DNA from: Auanema rhodensis
Lineage: Eukaryota > Animalia > Nematoda
Direction: 5' to 3'
NCBI GenBank assembly: GCA_964057225.1
Contig: CAXKVF010000074.1
Span: forward strand, 124,001-188,000
Length of the DNA stretch: 64,000 bases
The position numbers and the translations under genes are program-made. This document shows positions 54,916-64,000 of the stretch, in pieces; the first letter of the stretch is position 1; every line of letters starts with the position of its first letter. The notes under the pieces are model-generated. The model made no database searches. It was not told the origin of the DNA and worked only from the letters and a program-made list of their open reading frames with translations.

Positions 54916-57907
54916 TGTAACTCGCTTCACGTGAAAGATAAAGAGATGCGGTTTTCAAAATTAGATTCCCCATGTCCATATTAGTCTAAAAACAAATTTT
55001 TATTGATATTAGTTCATGGTAACCATGACTTTGAAATTTACGTGAACTTTAATTTATGCTAATTAAATGTACACGTGATGTGCACTTGGTATGTAACTCG
55101 CTTCACGTGAAAGATAAAGAAATGCGGTTTTCAAAATTAGATTCCCCATGTCCATATTAGTCTAAAAACAAATTTTTATTGATATTGCTTCATGGTAACC
55201 ATGACTTTGAAATTTACGTGAACTTTAATTTATGCTAATTAAATGTACACGTGATGTGCACTTGGTATGTAACTCGCTTCACGTGAAAGATAAAGAAATG
55301 CGGTTTTCAAAATTAGATTCCCCATGTCCATATTAGTCTAAAAAGAAATTTTTATTGATATTGGTGCATGGTAACCATGACTTTGAAATTTACGTGAACT
55401 TTAATTTATGCTAATTAAATGTACACGTGATGTGCACTTGGTATGTAACTCGCTTCACGTGAAAGATAAAGAGATGCGGTTTTCAAAATTAGATTCCCCA
55501 TGTCCATATTAGTCTAAAAACAAATTTTTATTGATATTGGTTCATGGTAACCATGACTTTGAAATTTACGTGAACTTTAATTTATGCTAATTAAATGTAC
55601 ACGTGATGTGCACTTGGTATGTAACTCGCTTCACGTGAAAGATAAAGAGATGCGGTTTTCAAAATTAGATTCCCCATGTCCATATTAGTCTAAAAACAAA
55701 TTTTTATTGATATTGGTTCATGGTAACCATGACTTTGAAATTTACGTGAACTTTAATTTATGCTAATTAAATGTACACGTGATGTGCACTTGGTATGTAA
55801 CTCGCTTCACGTGAAAGATAAAGAGATGCGGTTTTCAAAATTAGATTCCCCATGTCCATATTAGTCTAAAAACAAATTTTTATTGATATTAGTTCATGGT
55901 AACCATGACTTTGAAATTTACGTGAACTTTAATTTATGCTAATTAAATGTACACGTGATGTGCACTTGGTATGTAACTCGCTTCACGTGAAAGATAAAGA
56001 GATGCGGTTTTCAAAATTAGATTCCCCATGTCCATATTAGTCTAAAAACAAATTTTTATTGATATTGGTTCATGGTAACCATCACTTTGAAATTTACGTG
56101 AACTTTAATTTATGCTAATTAAATGTACACGTGATGTGCACTTGGTATGTAACTCGCTTCACGTGAAAGATAAAGAGATGCGGTTTTCAAAATTAGATTC
56201 CCCATGTCCATATTAGTCTAAAAACAAATTTTTATTGATATTGGTTCATGGTAACCATGACTTTGAAATTTACGTGAACTTTAATTTATGCTAATTAAAT
56301 GTACACGTGATGTGCACTTGGTATGTAACTCGCTTCACGTGAAAGATAAAGAGATGCGGTTTTCAAAATTAGATTCCCCATGTCCATATTAGTCTAAAAA
56401 CAAATTTTTATTGATATTGGTTCATGGTAACCATGACTTTGAAATTTACGTGAACTTTAATTTATGCTAATTAAATGTACACGTGATGTGCACTTGGTAT
56501 GTAACTCGCTTCACGTGAAAGATAAAGAGATGCGGTTTTCAAAATTAGATTCCCCATGTCCATATTAGTCTAAAAACAAATTTTTATTGATATTGGTTCA
56601 TGGTAACCATGACTTTGAAATTTACGTGAACTTTAATTTATGCTAATTAAATGTACACGTGATGTGCACTTGGTATGTAACTCGCTTCACGTGAAAGATA
56701 AAGAAATGCGGTTTTCAAAATTAGATTCCCCATGTCCATATTAGTCTAAAAAGAAATTTTTATTGATATTGGTGCATGGTAACCATGACTTTGAAATTTA
56801 CGTGAACTTTAATTTATGCTAATTAAATGTACACGTGATGTGCACTTGGTATGTAACTTGCTTCACGTGAAAGATAAAGAGATGCGGTTTTCAAAATTAG
56901 ATTCCCCATGTCCATATTAGTCTAAAAACAAATTTTTATTGATATTGGTTCATGGTAACCATGACTTTGAATTTTACGTGAACTTTAATTTATGCTAATT
57001 AAATGTACACGTGATGTGCACTTGGTATGTAACTCGCTTCACGTAAAAGATAAAGAGATGCGGTTTTCAAAATTAGATTCCCCATGTCCATATTAGTCTA
57101 AAAACAAATTTTTATTGATATTGCTTCATGGTAACCATGACTTTGAAATTTACGTGAACTTTAATTTATGCTAATTAAATGTACACGTGATGTGCACTTG
57201 GTATGTAACTCGCTTCACGTGAAAGATAAAGAGATGCGGTTTTCAAAATTAGATTCCCCATGTCCATATTAGTCTAAAAACAAATTTTTATTGATATTGG
57301 TTCATGGTAACCATGACTTTGAAATTTACGTGAACTTTAATTTATGCTAATTAAATGTACACGTGATGTGCACTTGGTATGTAACTCGCTTCACGTGAAA
57401 GATAAAGAGATGCGGTTTTCAAAATTAGATTCCCCATGTCCATATTAGTCTAAAAACAAATTTTTATTGATATTGGTGCATGGTAACCATGACTTTGAAA
57501 TTTACGTGAACTTTAATTTATGCTAATTAAATGTACACGTGATGTGCACTTGGTATTTAACTCGCTTCAGGTGAAAGATAAAGAGATGCGGTTTTCAAAA
57601 TTAGATTCCCCCTGTCCATATTAGTCTAAAAACAAATTTTTATTGATATTGCTTCATGGTAACCATGACTTTGAAATTTACGTGAACTTTAATTTATGCT
57701 AATTAAATGTACACGTGATGTGCACTTGGTATGTAACTCGCTTCACGTGAAAGATGAAGAGATGCGGTTTTCAAAATTAGATTCCCCATGTCCATATTAG
57801 TCTAAAAACAAATTTTTATTGATATTGGTTCATGGTAACCATGACTTTGAAATTTACGTGAACTTTAATTTATGCTAATTAAATGTACACGTGATGTGCA
57901 CTTGGTA

Positions 57908-58084
57908 TGTAACTCGCTTCACGTGAAAGATAAAGAGATGCGGTTTTCAAAATTAGAATCCCCATGTCCATATTAGTCTAAAAACAAATTTTTATTGATA
58001 TTGCTTCATGGTAACCATGACTTTGAAATTTACGTGAACTTTAATTTATGCTTATTTAATTGTACACGTGATGTGCACTTGGTA
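57908..58084 (+). repeat. Isolated fourth 177-bp variant monomer (T51A, G97C, cttatttaattg)
   Basis: Same variant set as the monomers at 13729, 14962 and 16195, and followed by the same G2T+C15G monomer as at 13906 and 16372. Confidence 0.9.
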
Positions 58085-60900
58085 TTTAACTCGCTTCAGG
58101 TGAAAGATAAAGAGATGCGGTTTTCAAAATTAGATTCCCCATGTCCATATTAGTCTAAAAACAAATTTTTATTGATATTGGTTCATGGTAACCATGACTT
58201 TGAATTTTACGTGAACTTTAATTTATGCTAATTAAATGTACACGTGATGTGCACTTGGTATGTAACTCGCTTCACGTGAAAGATAAAGAAATGCGGTTTT
58301 CAAAATTAGATTCCCCATGTCCATATTAGTCTAAAAACAAATTTTTATTGATATTGGTTCATGGTAACCATGACTTTGAAATTTACGTGAACTTTAATTT
58401 ATGCTAATTAAATGTACACGTGATGTGCACTTGGTATGTAACTCGCTTCACGTGAAAGATAAAGAGATGCGGTTTTCAAAATTAGATTCCCCATGTCCAT
58501 ATTAGTCTAAAAACAAATTTTTATTGATATTGGTGCATGGTAACCATGACTTTGAAATTTACGTGAACTTTAATTTATGCTAATTAAATGTACACGTGAT
58601 GTGCACTTGGTATGTAACTCGCTTCACGTGAAAGATGAAGAGATGCGGTTTTCAAAATTAGATTCCCCATGTCCATATTAGTCTAAAAACAAATTTTTAT
58701 TGATATTGCTTCATGGTAACCATGACTTTGAAATTTACGTGAACTTTAATTTATGCTAATTAAATGTACACGTGATGTGCACTTGGTATGTAACTCGCTT
58801 CACGTGAAAGATAAAGAGATGCGGTTTTCAAAATTAGATTCCCCATGTCCATATTAGTCTAAAAACAAATTTTTATTGATATTGGTTCATGGTAACCATG
58901 ACTTTGAAATTTACGTGAACTTTAATTTATGCTAATTAAATGTACACGTGATGTGCACTTGGTATGTAACTCGCTTCACGTGAAAGATGAAGAGATGCGG
59001 TTTTCAAAATTAGATTCCCCATGTCCATATTAGTCTAAAAACAAATTTTTATTGATATTGGTTCATGGTAACCATGACTTTGAAATTTACGTGAACTTTA
59101 ATTTATGCTAATTAAATGTACACGTGATGTGCACTTGGTATGTAACTCGCTTCACGTGAAAGATAAAGAGATGCGGTTTTCAAAATTAGATTCCCCATGT
59201 CCATATTAGTCTAAAAACAAATTTTTATTGATATTGGTTCATGGTAACCATGACTTTGAAATTTACGTGAACTTTAATTTATGCTAATTAAATGTACACG
59301 TGATGTGCACTTGGTATGTAACTCGCTTCACGTGAAAGATAAAGAGATGCGGTTTTCAAAATTAGATTCCCCCTGTCCATATTAGTCTAAAAACAAATTT
59401 TTATTGATATTGCTTCATGGTAACCATGACTTTGAAATTTACGTGAACTTTAATTTATGCTAATTAAATGTACACGTGATGTGCACTTGGTATGTAACTC
59501 GTTTCACGTGAAAGATGAAGAGATGCGGTTTTCAAAATTAGATTCCCCATGTCCATATTAGTCTAAAAACAAATTTTTATTGATATTGGTTCATGGTAAC
59601 CATGACTTTGAAATTTACGTGAACTTTAATTTATGCTAATTAAATGTACACGTGATGTGCACTTGGTATGTAACTCGCTTCACGTGAAAGATAAAGAGAT
59701 GCGGTTTTCAAAATTAGATTCCCCATGTCCATATTAGTCTAAAAACAAATTTTTATTGATATTGGTTCATGGTAACCATGACTTTGAAATTTACGTGAAC
59801 TTTAATTTATGCTAATTAAATGTACACGTGATGTGCACTTGGTATGTAACTCGCTTCACGTGAAAGATAAAGAGATGCGGTTTTCAAAATTAGATTCCCC
59901 CTGTCCATATTAGTCTAAAAACGAATTTTTATTGATATTGCTTCATGGTAACCATGACTTTGAAATTTACGTGAACTTTAATTTATGCTAATTAAATGTA
60001 CACGTGATGTGCACTTGGTATGTAACTCGCTTCACGTGAAAGACAAAGAGATGCGGTTTTCAAAATTAGATTCCCCATGTCCATATTAGTCTAAAAACAA
60101 ATTTTTATTGATATTGCTTCATGGTAACCATGACTTTGAAATTTACGTGAACTTTAATTTATGCTAATTAAATGTACACGTGATGTGCACTTGGTATGTA
60201 ACTCGCTTCACGTGAAAGATAAAGAGATGCGGTTTTCAAAATTAGATTTCCCATGTCCATATTAGTCTAAAAACAAATTTTTATTGATATTGGTTCATGG
60301 TAACCATAACTTTGAATTTTACGTGAACTTTAATTTATGCTAATTAAATGTACACGTGATGTGCACTTGGTATGTAACTCGCTTCACGTGAAAGAAAAAG
60401 AGATGCGGTTTTCAAAATTAGATTCCCCATGTCCATATTAGTCTAAAAACAAATTTTTATTGATATTGGTTCATGGTAACCATGACTTTGAAATTTACGT
60501 GAACTTTAATTTATGCTAATTAAATGTACACGTGATGTGCACTTGGTATGTAACTCGCTTCACGTGAAAGATAAAGAGATGCGGTTTTCAAAATTAGATT
60601 CCCCATGTCCATATTAGTCTAAAAACAAATTTTTATTGATATTGGTTCATGGTAACCATGACTTTGAAATTTACGTGAACTTTAATTTATGCTAATTAAA
60701 TGTACACGTGATGTGCACTTGGTATGTAACTCGCTTCACGTGAAAGATAAAAAGATGCGGTTTTCAAAAATAGATTCCCCATGTCCATATTAGTCTAAAA
60801 ACAAATTTTTATTGATATTGGTGCATGGTAACCATGACTTTGAAATTTACGTGAACTTTAATTTATGCTAATTAAATGTACACGTGATGTGCACTTGGTA

Positions 60901-63364
60901 TGTAACTCGCTTCTCGTGAAAGATAAAGAGATGCGGTTTTCAAAATTAGATTCCCCATGTCCATATTAGTCTAAAAACAAATTTTTATTGATATTGGTTC
61001 ATGGTAACCATGACTTTGAAATTTACGTGAACTTTAATTTATGCTAATTAAATGTACACGTGATGTGCACTTGGTATGTAACTCGCTTCACGTGAAAGAT
61101 AAAGAGATGCGGTTTTCAAAATTAGATTCCCCATGTCCATATTAGTCTAAAAACAAATTTTTATTGATATTGGTGCATGGTAACCATGACTTTGAAATTT
61201 ACGTGAACTTTAATTTATGCTAATTAAATGTACACGTGATGTGCACTTGGTATGTAACTCGCTTCACGTGAAAGATGAAGAGATGCGGTTTTCAAAATTA
61301 GATTCCCCATGTCCATATTAGTCTAAAAACAAATTTTTATTGATATTGGTGCATGGTAACCATGACTTTGAAATTTACGTGAACTTTAATTTATGCTAAT
61401 TAAATGTACACGTGATGTGCACTTGGTATGCAACTCGCTTCACGTGAAAGATAAAGAGATGCGGTTTTCAAAATTAGATTCCCCATGTCCATATTAGTCT
61501 AAAAACAAATTTTTATTGATATTGGTGCATGGTAACCATGACTTTGAAATTTACGTGAACTTTAATTTATGCTAATTAAATGTACACGTGATGTGCACTT
61601 GGTATGTAACTCGCTTCACGTGAAAGATGAAGAGATGCGGTTTTCAAAATTAGATTCCCCATGTCCATATTAGTCTAAAAACAAATTTTTATTGATATTG
61701 GTGCATGGTAACCATGACTTTGAAATTTACGTGAACTTCAATTTATGCTAATTAAATGTACACGTGATGTGCACTTGGTATGTAACTCGCTTCACGTGAA
61801 AGATGAAGAGATGCGGTTTTCAAAATTAGATTCCCCATGTCCATATTAGTCTAAAAACAAATTTTTATTGATATTGGTTCATGGTAACCATGACTTTGAA
61901 ATTTACGTGAACTTTAATTAATGCTAATTAAATGTACACGTGATGTGCACTTGGTATGTAACTCGCTTCACGTGAAAGATGAAGAGATGCGGTTTTCAAA
62001 ATTAGATTCCCCATGTCCATATTAGTCTAAAAACAAATTTTTATTGATATTGGTTCATGGTAACCATGACTTTGAAATTTACGTGAACTTTAATTTATGC
62101 TAATTAAATGTACACGTGATGTGCACTTGGTATGTAACTCGTTTCACGTGAAAGATAAAGAGATGCGGTTTTCAAAATTAGATTCCCCATGTCCATATTA
62201 GTCTAAAAACAAATTTTTATCGATATTGGTGCATGGTAACCATGACTTTGAAATTTACGTGAACTTCAATTTATGCTAATTAAATGTACACGTGATGTGC
62301 ACTTGGTATGTAACTCGCTTCACGTGAAAGATGAAGAGATGCGGTTTTCAAAATTAGATTCCCCATGTCCATATTAGTCTAAAAACAAATTTTTATTGAT
62401 ATTGGTTCATGGTAACCATGACTTTGAAATTTACGTGAACTTTAATTAATGCTAATTAAATGTACACGTGATGTGCACTTGGTATGTAACTCGCTTCACG
62501 TGAAAGATGAAGAGATGCGGTTTTCAAAATTAGATTCCCCATGTCCATATTAGTCTAAAAACAAATTTTTATTGATATTGGTTCATGGTAACCATGACTT
62601 TGAAATTTACGTGAACTTTAATTTATGCTAATTAAATGTACACGTGATGTGCACTTGGTATGTAACTCGTTTCACGTGAAAGATAAAGAGATGCGGTTTT
62701 CAAAATTAGATTCCCCATGTCCATATTAGTCTAAAAACAAATTTTTATTGATATTGGTACATGGTAACCATGACTTTGAAATTTACGTGAACTTTAATTT
62801 ATGCTAATTAAATGTACACTTGATGTGCACTTGGTATGTAACTCGCTTCACGTGAAAGATAAAGAGATGCGGTTTTCAAAATTAGATTCCCCATGTCCAT
62901 ATTAGTCTAAAAACAAATTTTTATTGATATTGGTTCATGGTAACCATGACTTTGAAATTTACGTGAACTTTAATTTATGCTAATTAAATGTACACGTGAT
63001 GTGCACTTGGTATGTAACTCGCTTCACGTGAAAGATAAAGAAATGCGGTTTTCAAAATTAGATTCCCCATGTCCATATTAGTCTAAAAACAAATTTTTAT
63101 TGATATTGGTGCATGGTAACCATGACTTTGAAATTTACGTGAACTTTAATTTATGCTAATTAAATGTACACGTGATGTGCACTTGGTATGTAACTCGCTT
63201 CACGTGAAAGATAAAGAGATGCGGTTTTCAAAATTAGATTTCCCATGTCCATATTAGTCTAAAAACAAATTTTTATTGTTATTAGTTCATGGTAACCATG
63301 ACTTTGAAATTTACGTGAACTTTAATTTATGCTAATTAAATGTACACGTGATGTGCACTTGGTA
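60901..63364 (+). repeat. 14-monomer block, copy 2 of 529-2992
   Basis: Ordered variants match; the only difference I saw is G35T at 1267, absent from this copy. Confidence 0.9.
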
Positions 63365-64000
63365 TGTAACTCGCTTCACGTGAAAGATGAAGAGATGCGG
63401 TTTTCAAAATTAGATTCCCCATGTCCATATTAGTCTAAAAACAAATTTTTATTGATATTGGTTCATGGTAACCATGACTTTGAAATTTACGTGAACTTTA
63501 ATTTATGCTAATTAAATGTACACGTGATGTGCACTTGGTATGTAACTCGCTTCACGTGAAAGATGAAGAGATGCGGTTTTCAAAATTAGATTCCCCATGT
63601 CCATATTAGTCTAAAAACAAATTTTTATTGATATTGGTGCATGGTAACCATGACTTTGAAATTTACGTGAACTTTAATTTATGCTAATTAAATGTACACG
63701 TGATGTGCACTTGGTATGTAACTCGCTTCTCGTGAAAGATAAAGAGATGCGGTTTTCAAAATTAGATTCCCCATGTCCATATTAGTCTAAAAACAAATTT
63801 TTATTGATATTGGTTCATGGTAACCATGACTTTGAAATTTACGTGAACTTTAATTTATGCTAATTAAATGTACACGTGATGTGCACTTGGTATGTAACTC
63901 GCTTCACGTGAAAGATAAAGAGATGCGGTTTTCAAAATTAGATTCCCCATGTCCATATTAGTCTAAAAACAAATTTTTATTGATATTGGTGCATGGTAAC

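Larger units (their letters stand above)
1..64000. repeat. Tandem satellite DNA array, 176-bp monomer, ~363.6 copies head-to-tail; candidate centromeric/pericentromeric satellite
   Basis: tgtaactcgcttcacgtg recurs at 1, 177, 353, ... with period 176. The last monomer starts at 63893 = 363x176 + 4 inserted bases + 1, which accounts for the whole window. Consensus has 56 G+C in 176 bp. The centromeric role is inferred only from size, homogeneity and AT richness. Confidence 0.99.

Noticed and set aside
1-64000. Protein-coding ORFs in the repeat
   Set aside because: The consensus has stops in all three plus frames (e.g. TAA 3, TGA 17, TAG 67) and all three minus frames (e.g. TCA 12, TTA 46, CTA 71 read on plus). 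No frame crosses a full monomer.
1-64000. CRISPR array suggested by regularly spaced palindromic motifs
   Set aside because: Sequence between the palindromes is as conserved as the palindromes; there are no unique spacers, leader or cas genes.
1-64000. A single regular higher-order repeat or a message encoded in the SNP pattern
   Set aside because: Periods change from region to region (1-35 monomers) and each spans only 2-3 copies; ordinary duplication and conversion explain the pattern.

Overview
The whole 64 kb window is one uninterrupted, head-to-tail array of an AT-rich (~32% GC) 176-bp satellite monomer. It holds 363 complete monomers plus a 108-bp partial, and both ends are open. Consensus in window phase: tgtaactcgcttcacgtgaaagataaagagatgcggttttcaaaattagattccccatgtccatattagtctaaaaacaaatttttattgatattggt[t/g]catggtaaccatgactttgaaatttacgtgaactttaatttatgctaattaaatgtacacgtgatgtgcacttggta. 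Monomers usually differ from consensus by only 0-4 substitutions, and I found just four indels, all the same +1 variant (177-bp monomers). I see no genes, RNA genes, CRISPR array, transposon insertion or strand switch. Monomer length, homogeneity and AT content fit a eukaryotic (peri)centromeric satellite (inference; organism not identified). Reading rare SNPs as markers reveals a layered duplication history: local 1-, 3-, 4-, 5-, 7-, 10-, 11-, 15-, 17- and 22-monomer repeats plus long-range block copies up to 60 kb apart, with no single fixed higher-order repeat. The monomer is rich in short dyads and carries three ACGTGA motifs spaced 33 and 32 bp apart. I found no evidence for a new gene-encoded system. 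Variant names such as A121T use monomer positions (monomer 1 = window 1-176); all calls were made by eye.
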